A DNA stretch of 64,000 bases from positions 3,359-67,358 of the forward strand of contig CAUQIW010000014.1 in assembly GCA_963518515.1 (NCBI GenBank). Direction: 5' to 3'. Both the position numbers and the translations under genes were made by a program. The notes under the pieces are model-generated. The model made no database searches, was not told the DNA's origin, and saw only the letters and a list, made by a program, of their open reading frames with translations. The stretch is from an uncultured Microbacterium sp. (GTDB lineage: Bacteria > Actinomycetota > Actinomycetes > Actinomycetales > Microbacteriaceae). Shown here piece by piece: positions 29,470-37,779 of this stretch (within the stretch, counting starts at the first letter, position 1; the number at the start of each line of letters is the position of its first letter).

Positions 29470-29931
29470 CTAGAGCGCCGCAGTGATCCCCGGCAGCAGC
29501 TTGGCGGCGATGGCTCCCAGTTGGTCGCGCTCGTCGTCGGTGAGGGGCCCGAGCACGAGCTCCCTGATCTGCGCCACATGCACGGGGGCCGCGGAACGCA
29601 GCAGCTCTCGACCGGCATCCGTGAGAGCGGCGGTCAGCGTGCGTTTGTCGCTGCTGCACGACGTGCGGGTCACCCACCCGCGCTCCTCGAGCGAGTCGAT
29701 GGCATGGCTCAGGCGCGAGCGGCTGAGGCCCGCGATCTGGGCGAGCTCGGTCATGGTCACGGTCTGCTCACCTCTGCCGGCGAGCGTGACGAGGATCGCG
29801 TAGTGCGCGTGATTCAGACCGGTCTCGGCCTTCAGGGTGCGGTCGAGCACCTGGGGCAGCAGCTGCACGAGGCGGATGGTCGGCAGCCACGTCGCCATCT
29901 CCGCGTCGTCGAGCCGCCGCTCGCTCATCAC
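29470..29931 (-). CDS. MarR family transcriptional regulator
   Basis: Winged HTH (MTELAQIAGLSRSRLSHAIDSLEERGWVTR...DKR). ATGA overlap with ribA. Confidence 0.9.
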   Translation of the reverse strand: MMSERRLDDAEMATWLPTIRLVQLLPQVLDRTLKAETGLNHAHYAILVTLAGRGEQTVTMTELAQIAGLSRSRLSHAIDSLEERGWVTRTSCSSDKRTLTAALTDAGRELLRSAAPVHVAQIRELVLGPLTDDERDQLGAIAAKLLPGITAAL

Positions 29932-30587
29932 GCGGCCGAGAGGTCGAGCGTGTGCGAGGTGTGGTCGCGCTTCGCCTCGAGGTAACGGGCGTTGGCCGCA
30001 GACAGGTGCACTCCCGTGCGGACGTGCTCGGTCACGCGGATGCCGAGCGACTCGAGCTGCGTGGCCTTGTCGGGGTTGTTGCTGAGCAGACGGATCGCGT
30101 CGACTCCGACGGCCTGCAGCATCTGCGCGGCGACGGTGTAGTCGCGCTCGTCCTCACCATGGCCGAGTGCGACATTCGCCTCGTAGGTGTCGAGCCCCGA
30201 GTCCTGCAGAGCGTACGCGTCGAGCTTGGCGTATAGACCGATGCCGCGGCCCTCCTGGCGCAGGTAGAGCAGGAACCCGCCCTCGGCGGCGATGCGCTCG
30301 ACGGCTTCGCGCAGCTGCGGACCGCAGTCGCAGCGCTCCGAGCCGAAGACGTCGCCGGTCAGGCACTCGCTGTGCGGACGCACGAGCGCGGCCTCGCCGC
30401 CGAGAGCGGCACGCCCCAGCGCGCCCTCCCAATCGCCGAGCCCCAGCAGAAGGTGCTCCCGGCCGTCGACCAGCCCGTCGAAGGTGACGACATCCGCCAC
30501 CGTCGAGAACCCGTCGGCGAACCGCATCGGCACCCGCACGCGCGTGCGCTCGGTGGCGATGGGGACGGCGGTTGAAATTTCAATCAT
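29928..30587 (-). CDS. ribA: GTP cyclohydrolase II
   Basis: HSECLTGDVFGSERCDCG zinc/GTP motif and LRQEGRGIGL. Confidence 0.9.
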   Translation of the reverse strand: MIEISTAVPIATERTRVRVPMRFADGFSTVADVVTFDGLVDGREHLLLGLGDWEGALGRAALGGEAALVRPHSECLTGDVFGSERCDCGPQLREAVERIAAEGGFLLYLRQEGRGIGLYAKLDAYALQDSGLDTYEANVALGHGEDERDYTVAAQMLQAVGVDAIRLLSNNPDKATQLESLGIRVTEHVRTGVHLSAANARYLEAKRDHTSHTLDLSAA

Positions 30588-30701
30588 GTGGGGTAGAACG
30601 CGAGTCGGCGCGGACTATTCCCCCGAGAGGTGTTCTCGCAGAGTCTCCCGGAGAACCCCGATGTGGCGTTGACTGTGTGCATGAGCGAGAACGAGAACTC
30701 C

Positions 30702-31721
30702 ATGCGGGGTGTGGTCATGTACGCGCCGGGCGACGTCAGGGTCGAGGATCGAGAGAAGCCGACCATCACCCGGCCGACCGATGCCGTGATCCGCATCGCC
30801 GCGACGTGCATCTGCGGATCCGACCTATGGCCGTACCGAGGGGTCAACGAGGTCGATCACGATCCGATGGGTCACGAGTACGTCGGCGTCGTCGAGGAGA
30901 TCGGCGCCGACGTCGAGACCGTGAAGGTGGGCGACTTCGTGGTCGGCTCGTTCATGGCCTCGGACAACACGTGCGAGATCTGCGAGGCCGGGTACCAGTC
31001 GCGGTGCGTGCACGTTGTTCCGATGGGACGCTTCGGCACCCAGGCCGAGTACTCGCTGATCCCGCACGCCGACGGCACGCTCGTCACGACGCCAGGGCAG
31101 CCGGACGACGACCTCATCCCCTCGCTCCTCGCGGCATCCGATGTGCTCGGCACAGGGTGGTTCGCGGCGGTCGCCGCGGAGGTCGGTCCGGGCAAGACGG
31201 TAGCCGTCGTGGGTGACGGAGCGGTGGGCCTGCTCGGCATCCTCGCCGCCCGCGAGCTCGGAGCCGAACGCATCATCGCGATGAGCCGGCACGCGGATCG
31301 CCAGGCGCTGGCGCGCGAGTTCGGCGCGACCGACATCGTCGAGGAACGCGGGGACGAAGGCGTCGCACGCATCAAGGAGCTCACCGGCGGTCTCGGCGCG
31401 CACTCGGTCATCGAGGCCGTCGGCACGCAGGAGTCGATGATGCAGGCGATCCGCGCCACGCGCCCCGGTGGGCATGTCGGGTTCGTGGGTGTCTCGCACG
31501 ACGTCGAGCTGCCGGGGGAGGAGCTCTTCTTCTCCGCAGTGCATCTGCACGGCGGCCCTGCTCCCGTGCGACGGTTCCTTCCCGAGCTGATCCAGCTCAT
31601 CTGGGACCGCAAGATCGACCCCGGCAAGGTGTTCGACCTCACGCTGCCGCTCGAGGATGCCGCCGAGGGCTACCGCGCGATGGACGAGCGCCGCGCCACG
31701 AAGGTGCTGCTCACCCTCTGA
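30702..31721 (+). CDS. zinc-dependent alcohol dehydrogenase family protein
   Basis: MRGVVMYAPGDVRVE...CICGSDLW...GHEYVG motifs and Rossmann motif VVGDGAVG. The start is uncertain; in-frame alternatives are ATG 30681 and GTG 30630. Confidence 0.85.
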   Translation: MRGVVMYAPGDVRVEDREKPTITRPTDAVIRIAATCICGSDLWPYRGVNEVDHDPMGHEYVGVVEEIGADVETVKVGDFVVGSFMASDNTCEICEAGYQSRCVHVVPMGRFGTQAEYSLIPHADGTLVTTPGQPDDDLIPSLLAASDVLGTGWFAAVAAEVGPGKTVAVVGDGAVGLLGILAARELGAERIIAMSRHADRQALAREFGATDIVEERGDEGVARIKELTGGLGAHSVIEAVGTQESMMQAIRATRPGGHVGFVGVSHDVELPGEELFFSAVHLHGGPAPVRRFLPELIQLIWDRKIDPGKVFDLTLPLEDAAEGYRAMDERRATKVLLTL

Positions 31722-31774
31722 GGCTCAGTCCGTCGAGCCTGACGGGCCCGTCGAGCCCGGTCTTGTCGAGCCTG

Positions 31775-32680
31775 TCAGGGGGGGGGCGGTGCGTCGTCCG
31801 ATCGACGACGGCGCACCGGCTTCAGCTCGCTCGCCAGGATCCCGAGCACGACGAGGGCCCCGCCGATGAGCGCCGCGGCGGGCAGACGCTCGCCGGCGAT
31901 GCGCCCGACGACGCCGGCCCACACCGGCTCGCCCGCGTAGATGATCGTCGCGCGGGTGGGGGAGACGGTCTTCTGGGCCCAGTTCATCGTGAGCTGGATG
32001 AGGCAGCTCGCCGCCCCGAGGCCCACCGCGCAGCCGACCCAGATCCAGGAGAACTCGGGAATCCGCTCCCCGACGACCGGCATGGTCGCGAGACCCAGCA
32101 CGCCGGCGGTCAGCAGCTGGATGATCGTGATGCGCCCCAGATCGACGCGTCCGGCGAAGACGCCGATGAGGATGATCTCGGCCGCGATCGGCAGGGTGCT
32201 GATGAGCGTCGCGACCTCGCCCGCACCGAGTGTCAGCGTGAGCGCGTCCGGTCCCGCGATGAGCACGAGGCCGACGAACGCGAGCGCGGCCCCGACGAAG
32301 GCCATGACGGGCGGGCGCCTGCGGAAGACGGCCCACTGGGCGAACGGGACGAGAGGCACGTACATCGCCGTGATGAAGGCCGATGTGCTCGACTCGATCG
32401 TCTGCAGTCCCACGGTCTGCAAGCCGTAGCCGAGGTGGATCATCACGCCGATCGAGACCCCGGCGCCGACGTCTCGCCAGCGGATGCCACGGAGCGCCCT
32501 GTGGAAGATCGCGACGCTGATGAGTCCGGCCACCAGGAAGCGGATGCCGACGAAGAACCACGGTCCCGAGTGCTCCATCGCCCAGTGAACGAGCAGGAAG
32601 GTGGCACCCCAGACCGCGGTGATCGCCACCAGTGCGGCCTCCTGGCGGCTGAACCGCATCAGGCGGAGTCGAGTGGGCAC
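31775..32680 (-). CDS. DMT superfamily (EamA-like) transporter
   Basis: About 10 TM helices in two EamA-like halves. GTG 32680 is preceded by GAAGGGA with a 5-nt spacer. The C-terminus ends in a run of prolines encoded by a 9-nt G/C homopolymer. Confidence 0.85.
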   Translation of the reverse strand: MPTRLRLMRFSRQEAALVAITAVWGATFLLVHWAMEHSGPWFFVGIRFLVAGLISVAIFHRALRGIRWRDVGAGVSIGVMIHLGYGLQTVGLQTIESSTSAFITAMYVPLVPFAQWAVFRRRPPVMAFVGAALAFVGLVLIAGPDALTLTLGAGEVATLISTLPIAAEIILIGVFAGRVDLGRITIIQLLTAGVLGLATMPVVGERIPEFSWIWVGCAVGLGAASCLIQLTMNWAQKTVSPTRATIIYAGEPVWAGVVGRIAGERLPAAALIGGALVVLGILASELKPVRRRRSDDAPPPP

Positions 32681-32818
32681 GGGGGTCCCTTCTCGACACG
32701 GCCGGATCGAGCATAGCGCCAGCGAATCGCCCCGCGATCAGGCTGAGGACCTGCCCCTTCTCGGCGATGCCCGACCGCTCTCAGCGATGCCGACCGCGAG
32801 ACTGGGTAGCCTCGCACC

Positions 32819-33655
32819 ATGAGCAACTTCGTCACGGCCGCCGAGCTGAACGACCTCCTGGCCTCCGACCTCCCCGTGCGCGTGATCGACGTGCGCTGGT
32901 CGCTCGCCCGGCCCGACGGCCTCGGCGAGTATCTGGCAGGGCACATCCCCGGGGCCGTCTACGTCCCGCTCGACACAGAGCTGTCGACGTACGGCGAGGC
33001 CTCGGACGGTCGGCACCCGATGCCGTCGACGCAGACCCTGCAGACGGCGGCACGTCGGTGGGGCGTGAACGACGGAGATGTCGTCGTCGCCTACGACGAT
33101 GCGAACGGACTCGGCGCCTCACGCGCCTGGTGGCTGCTGCGCCAGGGCGGTGTCGATGCCCGCGTGCTCGACGGCGGCATCGCCGCCTGGCGCGAGGCCG
33201 GTCTCGACCTGGACGTCGACGATGTGGTGGCGCGCGAGGGAGACGTCGTGCTCGACGAGATCGGCGGCGATGCCCTCTCGATCGACGAGGCGGCCGCATT
33301 CCCGGCATCCGGGGTGCTGCTCGATGTGCGGGCGCCCGAGCGCTACCGCGGCGAGAACGAGCCGCTCGATCCGGTGGCCGGCCACATCCCCGGCGCGGTG
33401 AACCTGCCGATGGCCGCGCATCTCACCCCGACGGGCAGGATCCTCGACATGGAGACCCTGCGCGCGAGCTTCGCCTCGGTCGGAATCACGGGCGACTCCG
33501 CGGTCGCCGCCTACTGCGGTTCGGGAGTGACCGCGGCTCACACCGCTCTGGTGCTCGACGAGATCGGCATCGAGGCGAAGGTCTTCCCCGGGTCGTGGAG
33601 TCAGTGGTCGAACACTCCGGGGCGACCCGTGGCGGTGGGCGATCAGCCCGGCTGA
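32819..33655 (+). CDS. rhodanese-type thiosulfate/3-mercaptopyruvate sulfurtransferase
   Basis: Two rhodanese domains. Active-site loop CGSGVTA. GHIPGA motifs in both halves. Confidence 0.9.
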   Translation: MSNFVTAAELNDLLASDLPVRVIDVRWSLARPDGLGEYLAGHIPGAVYVPLDTELSTYGEASDGRHPMPSTQTLQTAARRWGVNDGDVVVAYDDANGLGASRAWWLLRQGGVDARVLDGGIAAWREAGLDLDVDDVVAREGDVVLDEIGGDALSIDEAAAFPASGVLLDVRAPERYRGENEPLDPVAGHIPGAVNLPMAAHLTPTGRILDMETLRASFASVGITGDSAVAAYCGSGVTAAHTALVLDEIGIEAKVFPGSWSQWSNTPGRPVAVGDQPG

Positions 33656-33682
33656 GGCGGAGAATCCGTCGTCGTCGGAGAC

Positions 33683-34591
33683 TCAGCGACCGTCGTCGTA
33701 GCTCCAGCTCACTCCGACGGCTCCGGGACCGAACGCCCGACGCACCTGGTGCACCGAGGTGCCGCCGTCGAGAGTGAGCTCGGTGACCGAGACGCCCTTC
33801 GGCGTCTCGACGCGTTCCTCGATGCGATCGGGCAGTGCGTCGGGGTGGAAGCGTGTCCAGACGAGCAGCTCGCGGCACTGCCTCGACACCCCGTGACCGG
33901 TCTCCCTGGTGGGTGGATAGTCGGGCGGGTACTCGACCGACCACTCGACCATCGCCGTGTGCGGAGCGGTCAGGGGCGCGTCCAGCGTGAGCAGCATTCC
34001 GTGCACCTGCCCGCTGGGGTGCGAATAGTGCGCCGTGATGCGACCTCCCGCCAGCACCGAGAAGATCGGGGCGGGAGTGCTCACCCCCGGTGACAACTCG
34101 AGGAAGGGAGTCGCCTCGACGGTGCCGGACGTCGCCTGGAAGATGCTGCGTGTGATGCTGCGCACGACGTTGCCCGAGGCGTCGACATCGGTCAGGGAGT
34201 GCGTGGTCAGCTCGCGCGACGGATCGGGATACACGGCGCCGAGCGCGGCATACGCCTCCATGACCGCGCGTTCGATCTCCTGCTCGTCGAGCGGGAACTG
34301 ACTGGGGCCGAGTGGGCCCGTGCGAAGGGTGGCACCGAGGAGGTCTGTCAGGGCGCCGCCGGCGAGGTGCAGGAGATCCTCGATGTCGGCGAGCGCGGCC
34401 ATCGACTGCGCGCCCTCGGGCCTGCGCGCGCCGGAGCGCCAATAGCTGAGAGTCGCCATCGACACTCTGTTGCCGCGGATCCGCAGCTGCTCGTGGAGGC
34501 GGGCAAGGGTCATCCTGCGGGCGTTTATGGCATCCCGGAAGGCGCCGGCGAACTCATCTGCCGGCGTGCGGACCCCTCTTTCCAACACCAT
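33683..34591 (-). CDS. hypothetical protein with N-terminal HTH-like segment
   Basis: 302-aa ORF with good codon bias. The N-terminus (RRMTLARLHEQLRIRGNRVSMATLSYWRSG) looks like an XRE-type HTH. The start is ambiguous (GTG 34594 or ATG 34591). Confidence 0.6.
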   Translation of the reverse strand: MVLERGVRTPADEFAGAFRDAINARRMTLARLHEQLRIRGNRVSMATLSYWRSGARRPEGAQSMAALADIEDLLHLAGGALTDLLGATLRTGPLGPSQFPLDEQEIERAVMEAYAALGAVYPDPSRELTTHSLTDVDASGNVVRSITRSIFQATSGTVEATPFLELSPGVSTPAPIFSVLAGGRITAHYSHPSGQVHGMLLTLDAPLTAPHTAMVEWSVEYPPDYPPTRETGHGVSRQCRELLVWTRFHPDALPDRIEERVETPKGVSVTELTLDGGTSVHQVRRAFGPGAVGVSWSYDDGR

Positions 34592-34893
34592 CACAGCACC
34601 TCTCCGGTATGTGAATACACGCCCCTTAGAGTGAGCATACGGCCACAGTGGGCACCTCGTAGGGGACGAGGTGTTATTTCTGAGGCCATCGGGGTTTATC
34701 GACGCAAGCAGGGTGCCCGACCTTGCGTCTGTGAGCCTTACGCAGGAGCCGCCCCCGCGACTGCGTGTTACGCGGGGCCTGACGATCGATCTGGGGAGAT
34801 CCGCCAGGCCCCGCGAACCACGTCTCCGGCGTCCTGGGGCGTTCGGCCCCCGCGTAGACTGGGGGCAACACCCCCGGAGGACCCTGGATAGTC

Positions 34894-35556
34894 ATGTCTG
34901 CCACTGCCCGCGCGTTCACCGTGCGTCACGTCCAGCTGCTGCGCGCGCTCTTCGCCGCTGCCGCCGCCGTGATGATCACCTTCTCGCCCGATCACTCCGC
35001 AGCCGTCGGTCTCTCCGTGTTCAGTGGCTTCGTGCTCACGACCGCCCTCGTGCAGATCCTCGCCGTGTGGCTCGTCTTCCCCGCCGGAGAGCGCTGGCCC
35101 TCGGTCGTGCTCGCCCTGCTCGGGATGATCGCGGGGATGACGGCGGGCGTGCCCATGTGGCGCACCGACGACCTTTTCTTCGTCGTGGTCATCAGCTGGG
35201 CCGCGGCCACGGGGCTCGTCGAGCTCATCGTCGGACTCCGCGCCCGTCGAGCGGGAGAGGTGGGAGCGCGCGATTCGATCACCGTCGGCGCCTTCGGCCT
35301 GCTGCTCGCTCTGGTGCTGCTCGCCATCCCGGCAGGATTCGTGCAGCCCTACGCCATCGACGGCGCCGGTGCGTTCGAACTGACGGGGATCATCCTCGGT
35401 GTCGGCATGTTCGGCGGCTACGCGGCGATCGTCGCGGTGTTCCTCGGCATCGCCGGCCTCACCCCGAATCGAGCGGATGCCGTCGCCGCCACCGCTCGGC
35501 GCGACGACGCCGTTCAGGGCGACGCGCCCACCACGACGCCTGGAGGACAGCGATGA
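34894..35556 (+). CDS. hypothetical integral membrane protein
   Basis: 220 aa with about 6 TM helices. GGAGGA lies 12 nt upstream of the ATG. Confidence 0.65.
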   Translation: MSATARAFTVRHVQLLRALFAAAAAVMITFSPDHSAAVGLSVFSGFVLTTALVQILAVWLVFPAGERWPSVVLALLGMIAGMTAGVPMWRTDDLFFVVVISWAAATGLVELIVGLRARRAGEVGARDSITVGAFGLLLALVLLAIPAGFVQPYAIDGAGAFELTGIILGVGMFGGYAAIVAVFLGIAGLTPNRADAVAATARRDDAVQGDAPTTTPGGQR

Positions 35557-35918
35557 GCGACGAGAAGCCCACCCGGCGGGACATCCTCCGTCCGCTGCAC
35601 CTGCTGGCCATCGCGCTCGGCTGCGGCGTCTTCGCCGCGATCGTGACGCTCGTGTCGACGGGCGCCTTCACCTCCCGCGTGAACAGCGCGATCTCGAACG
35701 GCAGCTACGAGGGGCTCACGCCCATCGCGCTCGGCCTCGTGGTCGGAGGCGGCGCCTTCATCGTCACGCTGCTGTTCCTCGCCATGCTGATCCTCGTCGT
35801 CGACCCCGCCGATGTCACGAAGACGGTCGACCGTCCGGTGCTGTACGACGCCGAAACCGCCGACGAGCCGGGCACGACGCCGGACGGCGACGGCTCAGGG
35901 CGCTCCGCCTCGGCCTGA
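35553..35918 (+). CDS. hypothetical membrane protein
   Basis: ATG 35553 overlaps the upstream stop (ATGA) and follows GGAGGA. 121 aa with 2 TM helices and an acidic tail. Confidence 0.6.
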   Translation: MSDEKPTRRDILRPLHLLAIALGCGVFAAIVTLVSTGAFTSRVNSAISNGSYEGLTPIALGLVVGGGAFIVTLLFLAMLILVVDPADVTKTVDRPVLYDAETADEPGTTPDGDGSGRSASA

Positions 35919-36064
35919 TTCCTCTGCGCCGGCCTGACTCCCGCGCGTCGGCCTGACTCTCGCGTGTCGCGCCTGACTCTCGCGCGTCGCGCCTGACTCT
36001 CGCGCGTCGCGCCTGACTCTCGCGCGTCGGCCTGACTCTCGCGCGGCCTGATTCCCCTGCGCCG
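35913..36064. repeat. tandem array of about 8 units of an approximately 20-bp repeat (GCCTGACTCTCGCGCGTCGC)
   Basis: Units start at 35913, 35932, 35951, 35971, 35991, 36011, 36030 and 36046. The inner units are identical or nearly so, and the two outer units are degenerate (GCCTGATTCC..). Units abut directly with no spacers. Confidence 0.9.
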
Positions 36065-36068
36065 CAAG

Positions 36069-36145
36069 CACGCTCCACGCTGCACTTTTCGGCAGTCGCG
36101 CCATCCATCGATGCCGCGTTCGCCGATAAGTGGCGCGCCAGCGCG
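36069..36145. repeat. 77-bp direct repeat, copy 1 (internal hairpin CACTTTTCGGC ... GCCGATAAGTG)
   Basis: 73 of 77 positions are identical to 36258-36334 by manual alignment. Confidence 0.9.
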
Positions 36146-36257
36146 GTTGGATGCCGAAAGGTGGCGCCAGCGCGGTCGACTGCCGAACTCCGAGTTGCCG
36201 AGCTGCCGAGCTGCCGGCAGCCCTGCTCGCTGGTGTGTCACTCGTATCACCGGTCCG

Positions 36258-36334
36258 CACGCTCCGCGCTGCACTTATCGGCAGACGCGCCATCCATCGA
36301 TGCCGCGTTCGCCGAAAAGTGGCGCGCCAGCGCG
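36258..36334. repeat. 77-bp direct repeat, copy 2
   Basis: CACGCTCCGCGCTGCACTTATCGGCAGACGCGCCATCCATCGATGCCGCGTTCGCCGAAAAGTGGCGCGCCAGCGCG. See copy 1. Confidence 0.9.
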
Positions 36335-36396
36335 CGCGGGCGCCGAAAAGGCGCGCGCCGGCGCGGCCGAAACCCGAGAGCGCAGTGCGCCGACGC

Positions 36397-37779
36397 CTAA
36401 CGGGCGAGCTGCTCCGCGATGCCGGTGTAGGTCGCGGGAGTGAGAGCGAGCAGGCGCTGCTTCGCGGCATCCCCGATCTCGAGTCCCTCGACGAAGGCGG
36501 CGAGGTCTGCCCCGCCCACCCGGTGCCCGCGGGTCAGTTCCTTGAGCAGTGCGTAGGGGTCGGTGATGCTCGAGCGACCGGCGACGACCTCCGCCCTGAT
36601 CACGGTCTGGATGGCCTCGGCGAGAACCTCCCAGTTCACGTCGAGGTCTGCGAGCAGCACGTCGCGCGAGAGCGAGATGGCGTTCAGCCCGCGGCGCAGG
36701 TTGTCGAGTGCGAGCAGCGAGTGCCCGAACGCGACCCCGATGTTGCGCTGCGTCGTCGAATCGGTGAGGTCGCGCTGCAGGCGACTGGTCACCAGCGTCT
36801 GTCCCAGCGAGGCGAGCAGGGCACCGGAGATCTCGAGGTTCGCCTCGGCGTTCTCGAACCGGATCGGGTTGATCTTGTGCGGCATGGTCGACGAGCCGGT
36901 GGCGCCGGCCACGGGGATCTGCGCGAAGTAGCCGAGCGAGATGTACGTCCAGATGTCCGTGGCCAGGTTGTGCAGGATGCCGCCGGCGTGACGCACCCGG
37001 TCGTACAGCTCGACCTGCCAGTCGTGCGACTCGATCTGCGTGGTGAGGAGGTTGAAGCCGAGGCCCAACCCCTCGATGTACTCGCGGCTGACCTCGGGCC
37101 AGTCGACATCGGGATCGGCGGCGAGGTGGGCCGACCAGGTGCCGGTCGCGCCCGAGAACTTCGCGAGGTAGTCGGATGCCGCGATCTGCGCCCGCACACG
37201 CTCGAGGCGCCACGCGAACACCGCGATCTCCTTGCCCATGGTGGAGGGCGTCGCGGGCTGACCGTGGGTGCGCGACAGCATCGCGGCGTCGGCGTGCTCG
37301 ACCGCGAGCTCGCGGAGCTTCGCGATCACGGTGTCGAGCGACGGCAGCCAGACCTCTTCGACCGCGCGCTTGACCGTCAGCGCGTACGACGCCGAGTTGA
37401 TGTCCTCACTGGTGCAGGCGAAGTGGGTGAGCTCCGCGATGCGGTCGAGCCCCAGCGCCGTGAGGCGGTCGCGCACCAGGTACTCGATGGCCTTCACGTC
37501 GTGCTGGGTGACGGCCTCCTTCTCGGCCAGCCAGTCGATCTCGTCCTGCCCGAAGTCGCGGTACAGAGCGCGCAGGCGCTCCTTGTCGGCATCCGACAGC
37601 GGCGACGTCTCGAAGAGCGAGCGATCGGTGAGCGCGATCAGCCACTCGACCTCGACCTCGACCCTCGCGCGGTTGAGTCCCGCCTCCGAGAGGAAATCGG
37701 CGAGCCCGGTGACGGCGCCGCGGTAGCGACCGTCGAGGGGGCTCAGCGGCTGGGGCGGGAGCGAGGGCTGGAAAGTCAG
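36397..37779 (-). CDS. purB: adenylosuccinate lyase, proposed CTG start
   Basis: Fumarate-lyase signature GSSTMPHKINP. PurB-like sequence (LSPLDGRYR...VEVEVEWL...HDVKAIEYL) continues 94 codons upstream of the first GTG (37497). That stretch has no ATG, GTG or TTG. CTG 37779 follows AGGAGGA plus 5 nt and overlaps the upstream TGA. Confidence 0.8.
   Translation of the reverse strand: MTFQPSLPPQPLSPLDGRYRGAVTGLADFLSEAGLNRARVEVEVEWLIALTDRSLFETSPLSDADKERLRALYRDFGQDEIDWLAEKEAVTQHDVKAIEYLVRDRLTALGLDRIAELTHFACTSEDINSASYALTVKRAVEEVWLPSLDTVIAKLRELAVEHADAAMLSRTHGQPATPSTMGKEIAVFAWRLERVRAQIAASDYLAKFSGATGTWSAHLAADPDVDWPEVSREYIEGLGLGFNLLTTQIESHDWQVELYDRVRHAGGILHNLATDIWTYISLGYFAQIPVAGATGSSTMPHKINPIRFENAEANLEISGALLASLGQTLVTSRLQRDLTDSTTQRNIGVAFGHSLLALDNLRRGLNAISLSRDVLLADLDVNWEVLAEAIQTVIRAEVVAGRSSITDPYALLKELTRGHRVGGADLAAFVEGLEIGDAAKQRLLALTPATYTGIAEQLAR

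Noticed and set aside
31722-31786. Triple GTCGAGCC(T/C)G repeat and a 9-nt G homopolymer (31778-31786) as a phase-variation switch
   Set aside because: The homopolymer encodes only the last few proline codons of the DMT transporter, so slippage would alter just the extreme C-terminus. The short GTCGAGCC repeats lie in a convergent 3' gap and look like ordinary GC-rich low complexity.
35913-36064. Tandem 20-bp array considered as a possible CRISPR array
   Set aside because: The units abut directly with no unique spacers. The unit length is too short. No cas genes or leader are present in the window.
36397-37497. purB as a 366-aa protein starting at GTG 37497, as implied by the ORF track
   Set aside because: That start would remove about 94 N-terminal residues, including the conserved DGRY region. 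The upstream frame is open and PurB-like. See the CTG-start finding.
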